Assembly: GCA_963977005.1 (NCBI GenBank)
Contig: CAXBMQ010000004.1
Span: 32,034-96,033 of the forward strand
Direction of reading: 5' to 3'
Source of the DNA: an uncultured Rhodospirillaceae bacterium
Lineage (GTDB): Bacteria > Pseudomonadota > Alphaproteobacteria > MPNO01 > UBA830
Length of the DNA stretch: 64,000 bases
The notes under the pieces are model-generated. The model had not been told where the DNA came from and did not search any database. It worked only from the letters and a program-made list of their open reading frames with translations. Shown piece by piece: positions 9,546 to 20,000 of this stretch. Position numbers and translations under genes: made by a program. Every line of letters begins with the position of its first letter. The stretch's first letter is position 1.

Positions 9546-11789
9546 ATGGACGAGAACGCCGGAGAATCCGCGGGATCGTCGCAGACCACGGCAGGACAGC
9601 AAACGGCAGGTAAGCCGCCGGAGTCATTGCGGCAGGACGCTCAGGGGAACGCCGGAGACGGTGCATCGGCAGATGCGACCGGTCCGGATACAGGAATCCT
9701 GTGTCTGGCGATGATGCTGCAGTTTCACAAGATGGCGTCCGATCCCGCGCAACTGGCACATGAATACGGGCCGGCCAGCGGCACGGTAGACCTGCTCGGG
9801 CTTGTGCGGGCGGCGAAGCAGATCGGGCTGAAGGCGCGGTCCGGCACCCTGAAAATCAGGCGTCTGCAGAAAGCGCCGTTACCCGCGATTGCCGAGGCGG
9901 CCGATGGTCGTTTTTTCATTCTGGCGCGTGCCAATGACGAAAAGGTGCTTATCCAGCGGCCGGGCAGCCCGCCCGAAACGCTCACCCACGACGAACTCGA
10001 CGCGCTGTGGACCGGCAATGTCCTGATGACCACGACCCGTGCGGCGCTTGCCGGGGAAGAACGCAGGTTCAACATCACGTGGTTTATCCCGGCGGTCGTA
10101 AAATATCGGCGGATGTTCGGCGAAGTGCTGATCGCTTCGTTCTTTCTCCAGGTCTTCGGACTTATCACCCCACTGTTCTTTCAGGTGATTATCGACAAGG
10201 TACTGGTCCATCGCGGGCTGACGACGCTGGACGTGCTGATCATCGCGCTGGTCGGCGTCACCCTGTTCGAGGTCCTGTTGGGGGGCTTGCGGACGTACAT
10301 ATTCTCTCACACGACCAGCCGGGTGGATGTCGAACTGGGCGCGCGGCTGTTCCGCCACCTGGTTGCCCTGCCGATCGCATTCTTCGAATCCCGACAGGTC
10401 GGCCAGACCGTCGCGCGCGTGCGTGAACTGGAAAACGTGCGCAATTTCATTACCGGCTCGGCGCTGACCGTGGTGCTCGACCTGTTCTTCACCTTCGTGT
10501 TCTTCGCGGTGATGTATTATTTCTCGCCGACGCTGACGTGGATCGTGCTGGGCTCGCTGCCGTTCTATTTCGCGCTGTCCATCGGCATCACGCCGGAACT
10601 GCGCCGCCGGGTCGAGGAAAAATTCCAGCGCGGCGCGGCCAACCAGGCATTCCTCGTGGAATCCGTGTCGGGGGTCGAAACCCTGAAGGCGATGGCGGTC
10701 GAACCGCAGATGCGCCAGCGCTGGGAAGAACAGCTCGCCGCCTATGTGCGCGCCTCGTTCCGCTCGGTCATGCTGGGCACGTTTGGCAGCCAGTCGGTCA
10801 TGCTGATCAACAAGGTGGTAATGGCGCTGGTACTGTGGTTCGGCGCGCATGCGGTGATCAACGGCGAACTGACGGTGGGCATGTTGGTCGCGTTCAACAT
10901 GCTGTCGGGCCAGGTCAACCAGCCGATCATCCGGCTCGCCCAGCTGTGGCAGGATTTCCAGCAGTTCCGCATTTCGCTCGACAAGCTGGGCGACGTGCTG
11001 AACACACCGACCGAACCGGCGCAGAATCCGAACAAGCCCGCCCTGCCGGCCATTGCCGGCGACATCCGGATGGAAAACGTTACCTTCCGCTACCGTCCGG
11101 AAACGCCCGAAGTGCTGCGCAACCTGTCGATGGATATCGAAAAAGGGCAGGTGATCGGCATTGTCGGGCGGTCGGGGTCGGGCAAGTCGACTTTCGTCAA
11201 GCTGATCCAGCGGCTCTACGTGCCCGAACACGGGCGGGTTCTGGTCGACGGGGTGGACCTGGCGCTGGTCGATCCGGCGTGGCTGCGCCGCCAGATCGGC
11301 GTGGTGCTGCAGGAAAACGTGCTGTTCAACCGTTCGGTGCGGGACAATATCGCGCTCGCCGATCCCGCCATGTCGATGGAGCGCGTGGTCGCCGCCGCCC
11401 GGCTTGCCGGTGCGCATGATTTCATTCTCGAACTGCCGGAAGGCTACGATACCGTTCTGGGCGAACGCGGCGCATCGCTGTCCGGCGGACAACGCCAGCG
11501 GATCGCCATCGCCCGCGCGCTGGTAATGAACCCGCGTATCCTGATCTTCGACGAAGCGACAAGCGCGCTGGATTACGAATCCGAACGCATCATCCAGGAC
11601 AACATGCGCGAAATCTGCAAGGGCCGCACCGTGCTGATCATCGCCCACCGGCTGTCCACCGTGCGACGGGCCGACCGCATCATCGTCGTGGAAAAGGGCG
11701 AGATTGCCGAAGACGGCAGCCATGACGCGCTGATTCAGCAGGGCGGTATCTATGCCGCGCTGAACGCGCATCAGACGGGGGACGCCTGA
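9546..11789 (+). CDS. Type I secretion ABC exporter with N-terminal degenerate C39-like domain (HlyB family)
   Basis: The CLD has DTGILCLAMML where C39 peptidases have DCG (Thr49 replaces the catalytic Cys). Six-TM domain, Walker A GRSGSGKST, signature LSGGQRQR, Walker B ILIFDEATSALD. Confidence 0.9.
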   Translation: MDENAGESAGSSQTTAGQQTAGKPPESLRQDAQGNAGDGASADATGPDTGILCLAMMLQFHKMASDPAQLAHEYGPASGTVDLLGLVRAAKQIGLKARSGTLKIRRLQKAPLPAIAEAADGRFFILARANDEKVLIQRPGSPPETLTHDELDALWTGNVLMTTTRAALAGEERRFNITWFIPAVVKYRRMFGEVLIASFFLQVFGLITPLFFQVIIDKVLVHRGLTTLDVLIIALVGVTLFEVLLGGLRTYIFSHTTSRVDVELGARLFRHLVALPIAFFESRQVGQTVARVRELENVRNFITGSALTVVLDLFFTFVFFAVMYYFSPTLTWIVLGSLPFYFALSIGITPELRRRVEEKFQRGAANQAFLVESVSGVETLKAMAVEPQMRQRWEEQLAAYVRASFRSVMLGTFGSQSVMLINKVVMALVLWFGAHAVINGELTVGMLVAFNMLSGQVNQPIIRLAQLWQDFQQFRISLDKLGDVLNTPTEPAQNPNKPALPAIAGDIRMENVTFRYRPETPEVLRNLSMDIEKGQVIGIVGRSGSGKSTFVKLIQRLYVPEHGRVLVDGVDLALVDPAWLRRQIGVVLQENVLFNRSVRDNIALADPAMSMERVVAAARLAGAHDFILELPEGYDTVLGERGASLSGGQRQRIAIARALVMNPRILIFDEATSALDYESERIIQDNMREICKGRTVLIIAHRLSTVRRADRIIVVEKGEIAEDGSHDALIQQGGIYAALNAHQTGDA

Positions 11790-11804
11790 TGGCGGCGATG
11801 TCCG

Positions 11805-13202
11805 ATGTTTAGAGGGTTGAGAGAATGCTGGTCCGTCGCCTGCGCGGCGTGGTCGGAGGACAAGAAACGCGAAAAGGTCAGCCGCAATCGGGACGAGCTG
11901 GATTTTCTGCCGGCGGCGGTCGAGGTGCTGGAAACCCCGGCCTCGCCGGCGGGGAGGATCTTTGCGCTTTTTATCGCCTTCATGTTTCTCGCCGCCCTTG
12001 TCTGGGGCTGGTTCGCCCAGATCGACACGGTCGCGGTCGCGCAGGGCAAGATCATACCGGGCGACCGGGTGAAGGTGATCCAGCCGCTTGAAATCGGCGT
12101 GATCCGCGCGATCCATGTGCGCGACGGTCAGGCGGTCAAGAAAGACCAGGTGCTGATCGAGCTCGACCCCACCGATAGCGGCGCCGATCAGGTACGGCTC
12201 GCGCATTCGCTGGTGTCGCGCAGGCTCGACGCGGCGCGGCTGACGGCGATGGCGCAAAAACCCGACGATCCGCTGTCGGTTTTCGTTGCGCCGCCCGATA
12301 CGCCGGCCCCGATGGTGTCCGCCGCCCGCACCCTGATGCGCGCCGAAGCCGCGGAATACCGTGAGGCCAATGCCGGAACGGATGCGGAGATCCGCCAGAA
12401 AGACGCCGAAACCGCCACGGTCCGCGCACAGATCGCGGCCTATCGCGACACCATTCCGCTGATCCGCAAACGCGTCGATGCCTGGGAATATCTGACCAAG
12501 AAGGAATATGCCAGCAGGCTGCGCCTGACTGAATTGCAGGAACAGCTGGTCACGCGCCAGCGCTCGCTGACGGTCGAGCAGCGCCGGCTGTCCGAAATCG
12601 CCGAGGCGATATCGGTGCTGCGCCGGCGCAAGGCCGAGCGCGCGGCGGCGTTCTCCGGCCGGGTCAGCCGGGAGCTGTCCGAGGCGATGAGCGAAGCCGT
12701 GCAGTACGAGCAGGAACTGAACAAGGTGCGCGAACGCCTGCGTGCGCGGGTGCTGCGCTCGCCGGTGGACGGCGTGGTCCAGCAGATGCAGGTCAATACG
12801 GTCGGCGGCGTGGTCAACCCGGCGGAACGCCTGATGGTCGTCGTGCCCGCGGACGTCACGCTGGAGGTCGAGGCCATGGTACTGAACAAGGATATCGGCT
12901 TTGTCCGAGCGGGGCAGGATTCCGAGATCAAGATCGAAAGTTTTCCGTTCACCAAGTACGGTCTGATCGACGGGACGGTGAAGCATATCTCCGCGGACGC
13001 GGTGGAGGATGAAAAGCAGGGGTTGATCTACCCCATGCGGGTGACTCTGAAAACCAACCGGATCCTGGTGGGCGACCGTTGGGTGCCGCTCGCGCCCGGT
13101 ATGTCGGTCACCGCCGAGGTCAAAACCGGCAAACGCCGCGCCATCGAATTTTTCCTGTCGCCCCTGATGCGCTATCAGGACGAGGCGCTGCGGGAACGCT
13201 GA
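11805..13202 (+). CDS. HlyD-family type I secretion periplasmic adaptor
   Basis: N-terminal ELDFLPAAVEVLETPASP, a single TM segment, a long coiled-coil region, and C-terminal lipoyl/beta-barrel motifs (SPVDGVVQQMQV..., GMSVTAEVKTGKRRAIEFFLSPL). Confidence 0.9.
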   Translation: MFRGLRECWSVACAAWSEDKKREKVSRNRDELDFLPAAVEVLETPASPAGRIFALFIAFMFLAALVWGWFAQIDTVAVAQGKIIPGDRVKVIQPLEIGVIRAIHVRDGQAVKKDQVLIELDPTDSGADQVRLAHSLVSRRLDAARLTAMAQKPDDPLSVFVAPPDTPAPMVSAARTLMRAEAAEYREANAGTDAEIRQKDAETATVRAQIAAYRDTIPLIRKRVDAWEYLTKKEYASRLRLTELQEQLVTRQRSLTVEQRRLSEIAEAISVLRRRKAERAAAFSGRVSRELSEAMSEAVQYEQELNKVRERLRARVLRSPVDGVVQQMQVNTVGGVVNPAERLMVVVPADVTLEVEAMVLNKDIGFVRAGQDSEIKIESFPFTKYGLIDGTVKHISADAVEDEKQGLIYPMRVTLKTNRILVGDRWVPLAPGMSVTAEVKTGKRRAIEFFLSPLMRYQDEALRER

Positions 13203-13226
13203 ACGACAGATTTACAAGGAAACACG

Positions 13227-13799
13227 ATGCACCATTCGATAGACCGATATTTGGGCGCGATACGTTATCAGGCCACCGCCGATGACGGCGCGGCGCCGCC
13301 GCACGCTGAGGCCCCTGCCACACAGGATACGTCGGAAAATGCGTCGGATGCGCCCGACGCGGCCAAGGCGCAGGCGGCGTCCCAGCCGTCTCCGGTGGCG
13401 GGGATCCTGGGCGAGGCCGTATGGCTCCTCGGCCGGTCGAACGCGCACAAGCACCTGTTTATTTCGGAGCTCGACTGGCTGCTGGTGCCGGCGTTACAGC
13501 TGCGCCAGTTCCGTATCTGGCGGCACAATGCCCAGCCGGTAGGTTTCGCGAGCTGGGCGTACCTCACCCAGGAGGCCGCAGACCGGTTCGTCGAGTCCGC
13601 AAAGGCGGGTCGCATGGGGCGCATCGCACCGAACGAATGGAAATCGGGCGACCAGCTCTGGCTGATCGATTTTCTGGCGCCTTTCGGCGGCAGCGAAGAG
13701 ATGATCAAGGAACTGCGCGAAATGATCTTCAAGGGGCAGAAAATCAAGACTCTGCAGCCCGCCCCGGACGGCAGCGGACCCGCCGTCATGGAATGGTAA
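13227..13799 (+). CDS. RTX toxin-activating lysine acyltransferase (HlyC/CyaC family)
   Basis: ILGEAVWLLGRSNAH (His74) aligns by eye to HlyC ILGHVSWLWASSPLH (catalytic His23). WKSGDQLWLIDFLAPFG (Asp148) aligns to HlyC WTSGDRKWFIDWIAPFG (Asp93). AAGGAA lies upstream of the ATG. About 60 aa of low-complexity N-terminal extension. Confidence 0.8.
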   Translation: MHHSIDRYLGAIRYQATADDGAAPPHAEAPATQDTSENASDAPDAAKAQAASQPSPVAGILGEAVWLLGRSNAHKHLFISELDWLLVPALQLRQFRIWRHNAQPVGFASWAYLTQEAADRFVESAKAGRMGRIAPNEWKSGDQLWLIDFLAPFGGSEEMIKELREMIFKGQKIKTLQPAPDGSGPAVMEW

Positions 13800-14036
13800 T
13801 TCCCGCCCCTTTTCGCCAATCGCCCGAAATATAAATAGGCGATAATGTTATCCCTGTATTTCAATGCCTTAGGGGGGCATTTCCGATGTTGAGATTTGTA
13901 TCGGAATACAGCCGTATGTCCGGCATTTTATTAAACCTTTAGTGGCATTTTGATTGGTATGGTTAAGGCGGATTAGGTAGGATTATCCGGTTGCCCGTCA
14001 TCGCCTGGCGCGCGCATTTTTGAGTAGAAGGTTGCC

Positions 14037-17000
14037 GTGACGCTTTTGGGGGAAACCGAGCCGCCGATGGATCCGCTCTTGCCGGACTCCACAAGCGCCG
14101 AATCCGGTCCCTACGCGGCGAATACCGGCGATCTCCCCGGCTTCCGCATTACCCTGATGGACGACCTGATCGTCGATCTTGCCGACGGCGTCTCCGAAGA
14201 GGCGATCGCGGCCGCCCTCGAAACGGTCGGCGGTAGCATCCTCGAGGGCGCGGGGCAGGGGGTACAGCTCTGGTCGGTCTCCGGCGATGCCGATACCGCG
14301 GCGGCGGTGCTGGCCGATCTCGGCATCGCCGATGCGATCGAGCGCAATGCCCGGATTGACGACACCATCAGCGCGGTGATCGAGGAAACGATCGATTCGG
14401 TCATCATCGATATGCCGATCCTGACCGTGCCTTTTAATCCGGTTGTTCCGACCGTCGCACCCAACGACCAGTATTACGACTCGCTTTACGGCCTCGACAA
14501 GATTTCCGCATCGGACGCCTGGGCGCACGAGACTGGCAGCAGCGCCGTCATCGTCGGCGTCATCGATTCCGGTATCGACATCGATCATCCCGATCTCCGC
14601 AACAATCTCTGGGTCAATACGGGCGAGATCTGGGGCGACGGGATCGACAATGACGGCAACGGCTACATCGACGATTACAACGGCTACGATTTCGTCCGAA
14701 ACGCGGGCATCGGGCCCGGCTATGCCTATGACGACGAAAACGGCCACGGCACGCATGTCGCCGGCACCATCGCGGCCGAGGGCAATAACGGCATCGGCGT
14801 GGTCGGCGTCGCGTGGGACGCGCAGCTCATGGCGGCGAAGTTCCTCGACGCGGGCGGGTCGGGCTACACGTTCAACGCGGTGCGCGCGGTGCAATACACC
14901 ACGGCGAATGGCGCCGACGTTACGAATAACAGCTGGGGCGGCGGCGGCTACAGCGGCTCGCTCTACAACGCGATCAACGAGGCGCGCCTCGCCGGCAACC
15001 TGTTCGTCGCGGCGGCGGGCAACGAGGGCCGGAACAACGATTCCACCGCCAGTTATCCATCGGGCTATACGCTCGACAACGTGATCTCGGTCGCGTCGAC
15101 CACGTCGTCGGATGGCCGCTCGTACTTTTCCAATTACGGCGCGATCTCGGTCGACCTCGCTGCGCCCGGCTCGTCGATTTACAGCACCACAAATGGCGGC
15201 GGTTACGGCTATAAAAGCGGCACGTCCATGGCGGCGCCCCATGTGACGGGCGCGATCGCGCTGATGCTGTCGGCCGACCCCACGCTGACCTACACGGAAA
15301 TCCGCGACGCGCTGTTCGGCTCGGTCGACGCGGTGTCGAGCATGAACGGCATCACGACGACCGGCGGGCGGCTGAACGTGGACGCGGCGCTGGCGGCGAT
15401 TATGCCCGGGGTTCCGATCAGCGACGTCCTGCTGCCGGATTCGCTGGTGGATGAAAACGCCGCCGGTGCGGTTGTCGGTGCGCTGTCCGCCGTCGACGGC
15501 GTCGGTGCCGTCACTTACAGCATCACGTCGGACCCCAGCGGGCATTTCGAGATCCGCGGCAGCGATCTCGCGCTGAAATCCGGCGTCTCGCTGGACCATG
15601 AGGCGCTCGATAGCTACAGCGTGACCGTGGTTGGCACGGATGCGGACAGTAACACGGCGTCGAGCATCTTTACCGTCACCGTGGGCGACGTGAACGAAGC
15701 GCCGACCGGCATTTCCGGCGACGCCGCGCCGAGCATCGCCGAAGACGCCGGCATCGGCACGGAAATCGGCACCTATACGGCAACCGGCGATCCCGATGAC
15801 GGCGACACCGCGACGTATTCGCTGGTCGACGATGCGGGCGGCCTGTTCGCGATCGACGCGGCGACCGGCGTGGTGACGGTGGCGGGTTCACTTGATTACG
15901 AGACTTTGCCGACACCAACCCTCACCGTCCGGGCCACAGACAGCGGCGGGCTTTCAGTCGATCGCGAGATTTCGGTCACAGTCACCGATGTGAACGAGGC
16001 GCCGACCATCCAGACCGGTTTTGGTCTTCCAGGGTCCCTGTTTTTTACTGGCGGCGATTATAGCTACAACGTATCTACCGGAATTAACGAACCCTATCGG
16101 CTGGATTCAGATGGCACGGTACATCTCTTAGCGGATATCGCCCCCGGGACCGCGTATAGCAGCGCGCGTAATTTTTATGAATTTGGTGGGGTTGTCTATT
16201 TTGCCGCCAAAACGGCTGCGACGGGGGAGGAACTTTATCGCTTCGATCCCACGACAGGGAATGTAGGCCTTTACGCCCACCTGGCCCCGGGGTCGGAACA
16301 CGGCAGCCCGCGGGATTTCGTTGAATGGGACGATGCACTCTACTTCACCGGTGTTGCGTCCACGGGATCGGTTAGCGGAAATACCCGTATATTTCGTCTG
16401 AATTCCGACGGAACCATTGAGACATTTCATCAGCAAAACGGCATTGACCAGCTGATAGAGTTCCGCGGGAAACTCTATTTCTCGGCGAGGGCGACGAACG
16501 GAGACGGCAAGGAACTCCACAGTATCGATGCGGCCGGGAATGTCGTTCAGATTGCAGACCTGTTTACCTCTTCAAGTACCGGTACGGGGACCCAGGATGC
16601 ACGCATTTCTGGCCTGACTGTCATCAACGGGGCCCTGTATTTTTCGGCGCGCAGCAACGCTTACGGGCATGAACTTTTTCGTGTGAATGCGGACGAAACG
16701 TTTGAAGCCGTCACCGATGTGAATTCCGGAACAGACAGCCGATATATCGGAGACAGGTTCGAGTTTGCCGGGGATATCTATGTCGCGGTTTACGAGCCTC
16801 ATGTCGGAGACACTCTTTATCGGCTCGGTGACGGCGGCAGCCTTGAGTTAATTGACCTTGATGGGGCTGTGTCGGGTGGGGCGGGTCAACCGCTTGTCTA
16901 CACAGAGTTTAACGATTTCCTGTACGTGGTCACAGACGATTTCAAAGTGTTCCGTGTCGGGCAGGACGGAACGGTAGAATACCGCACCTCTGTACCAATC

Positions 17001-20000
17001 AATCCCGCTCGAAGCGACAATCTGCAATCGCGCGATGCGATGGTTTACGACGGCGCTCTCTATTTCGGGTCGGGCGAAGACGGTGAGCGTCTTTACAGGA
17101 TGGCGGCCGACGAGACCATTTCCGAGGTTGATATCGGTGTCAGGCTGGCGGGGCTTCGTGGGGTCTTCGGCGAGCTATCCGGTCCTCCGCCGACAGACGA
17201 GAATACGCCGGTCACAATTTCGTCCATTGTGGTTTCCGATCAGGATGCCGGTTCAGTATCTTTCGATGTCGGCTTGTCCGCAGCCAATGGCACACTCTCA
17301 TTGGAATCGACAGTAGGACTGATTTTTTCGGATTCCGACGGCAGCGATGGCACCCTCGCCTTTTCTGGAAATCTTTCGGATCTGAATAACGCGTTCGCCA
17401 GCGGCCTCACCTATACGCCGGATACCGGCTTCACCGGAGATGCTGTATTGTCGATCACGGTGGACGATGGCGCCGGCGGCGTAACCACCGAGACCGCCGA
17501 GATCACGGTCATAGACGACGGTATAGATCCTAACACCCCGCCGGACATTACCGGCGGCGACCTGACCGGCACCGTCGCCGAGGACGGCCTGCAGCAGGCC
17601 GTCGGGTCGCTGACGGCGACGGACCCGGATGCCGGGGCGGCGCTGACGTGGTCGCTGCCGGGCGGGACGGCGCTTTCGGGCAACCCCGATTACAATTTCG
17701 CTGTCGATCACCTGACGATCACCAAGAACGGCAATGCCGATTACTACGTCGACGATTTCGGCGACGGCGTGGCGCCGCCGAGCGGCGCAAATTTCTCGGG
17801 TGGCGATGCGGCGACCTACTGGACCAACGGCACGTTCACTGAATCCGGCGGCCGGGCGATCATGGACGGCGCAAATGCCGGCCAGTTCACCAGTTCGCTC
17901 AACGGCCAAGTCTACAATTATCACTCGGCGACGCTGAACACGAATGTCGGGCCGCTCAGCGATGGGCGCGGCCTGAAGATCGACGACGATTTCACGGTCG
18001 AAAGCCGCTTCGATCTGGTGATTCCGGACACGCCGGGGGAAAGCTACGGCATCCGGTTGACGGACGACGCCTCTTTCGGCGGCACCGGCGACGATACGCT
18101 GCGGCTTCGGGTCATGCGCCTGTCCAACGGCGACCTTGCGGTCAGGTTCGACGCGATCGATCCCGCTGCCGGGACGACAACCCTGATCCAGAGCGAATTG
18201 CTCAGTCCGTCCCTCGCCCATGACCAGATTGTCCTGCGTCTGACCCACGAAAAGTCCGACCCCGGGACGATCCGGGCATCCTATACCTTTATGGATGACG
18301 GGGTCGTGACCAACGGCAGAATGTTCGGTTTCACGGGGCAGATCTTCGGTACGAAAACGCCCGGCGACACGTCGGATGACGAGGTGTTCACCCGTGCCCG
18401 GATCCGGTCGGTCGCGGCCGCCGGGGCGACGGGGGAACGCCTGGCCGGCGCGTACGGCACGCTGGCGCTGACCCCGACGGGCACGTGGACCTACGAACTC
18501 GACAACGATTCCGCTGCCGTACAGGCGCTGGCCGAAGGCCAGACGGTGACGGACGCCTTCACGGTAACGGTGACCGACGAGCACGGCGCCGCCGACAGCG
18601 AAACGGTCACGGTGACGGTGACCGGTGCCAATGACGGCCCCGTGGTTGGCGCGGGCACGGTTTCCGGCAGCGTGACCGAGATCGCGTCCGGCAGCCCGGG
18701 CGAGGATACGGCCGATCATACGGCCGCGGGCACCTTCGCGTTCACCGACCTCGACCTCACCGATGCGCATACAGTGACGGTCACGCCGCAGGCAGGCGGC
18801 TATCGCGGGGCGCTGACCGCGACCGTCAGCGACGCCGCGACCGGCGACGGGGCGGGGCAGGTCAGCTGGTCCTACAGCGTCGGCGATGCCGCGCTGGACG
18901 ATCTGAACGACGGCGACGCGCTCACCCAGACCTATGATGTTGCAATCGACGACGGCAATGGCGGGACTGTCACCCAGTCCGTGACGGTGACGGTGAATGG
19001 CACCACCGATACGCTGCCCAATGCGGCGCCGGTGATCGATTTCGGTGTTGGTGAAGAAGCACTTTATTTTTCGGCCGCAGCAAGCCAGACCGGATACGAA
19101 GTTTTCAAGGTCGATCATGATGGGTCCATTTCGCAGGTTTCGGATATCAATCCGGGTTCCGGTTATGCGAATCCTACCGAGTTCACCGAATTTAACGGGG
19201 ATCTGTATTTCTCGGCCGATGACGGCACGACCGGCAGAGAGCTCTTTAGGCTTTCGGCAGAAGGGGTGGTCAGCCAGGTCGCCGACCTGTATTCGATTTA
19301 CAATCATCATCCACCTTCCGAGTTCACTGAATTAGGTGGCAACCTCTACTTCCGGGCTTGGGCCGACGGTCTTGGCGACGAGCTGTTCCGCGTCAATCCC
19401 GACGGGAACGTCGAGAATGTTGCCGATATTAATCCCGGTACAGCACGCGGTATTCCGCAGCATCTGACAAAGATGGACGATGCAATCTATTTTGCAGCGA
19501 ATGATGGCATCCACCAGACTGAACTCCATCGTGTGAATGCGGACGGTTCTGTCGAACTTGTCAAAGACTTGAACCCGACGGGGCCTACTCTTTTCAATGA
19601 CATTGTGGCGCTTGACGGTGCGCTCTACCTAAGCGCCGATCTGTTGGATAACAATGGTACCGAACTTTACCGGTACGATCAGGATGGCACGGTTACGCTG
19701 ATCGAGGACATAATTCCTGGTGCCGTTTCTTCGGACCCGAGTGGACTGACTGCCTTCAATGGCTCGCTCTATTTTGAGGCCTCTGACGACGGAACTAACC
19801 GGGAGTTGTTCCGCTACGATGTCGCGAACGATACAATCTCGGAGATCATTCTGAGCCTTGACGACGATTCTTCGCCGCGGGGCTTCACCGAAATCGACGG
19901 AAGTTTGTATTTCGGGGCGACCGGTGGAATTTATCGCATAAATCAGGATCATTCGATTGACCACCTGTTTGAGGATTATGGCTCGCCGGCAGCGCAATTT

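Noticed and set aside
9879-12986. 1,035-aa ORF on the minus strand opposite the ABC exporter and HlyD genes
   Set aside because: It is antisense to two genes with unmistakable motifs. The translation is Arg/Gly/His/Asp/Pro-rich low complexity with no recognisable domain. This is the typical shadow ORF of high-GC DNA.
13886-13939. 17-codon ORF (MLRFVSEYSRMSGILLNL) in the AT-rich spacer upstream of the giant gene
   Set aside because: It has no RBS and AT-rich, non-genomic codon usage. It is more plausibly non-coding promoter DNA.
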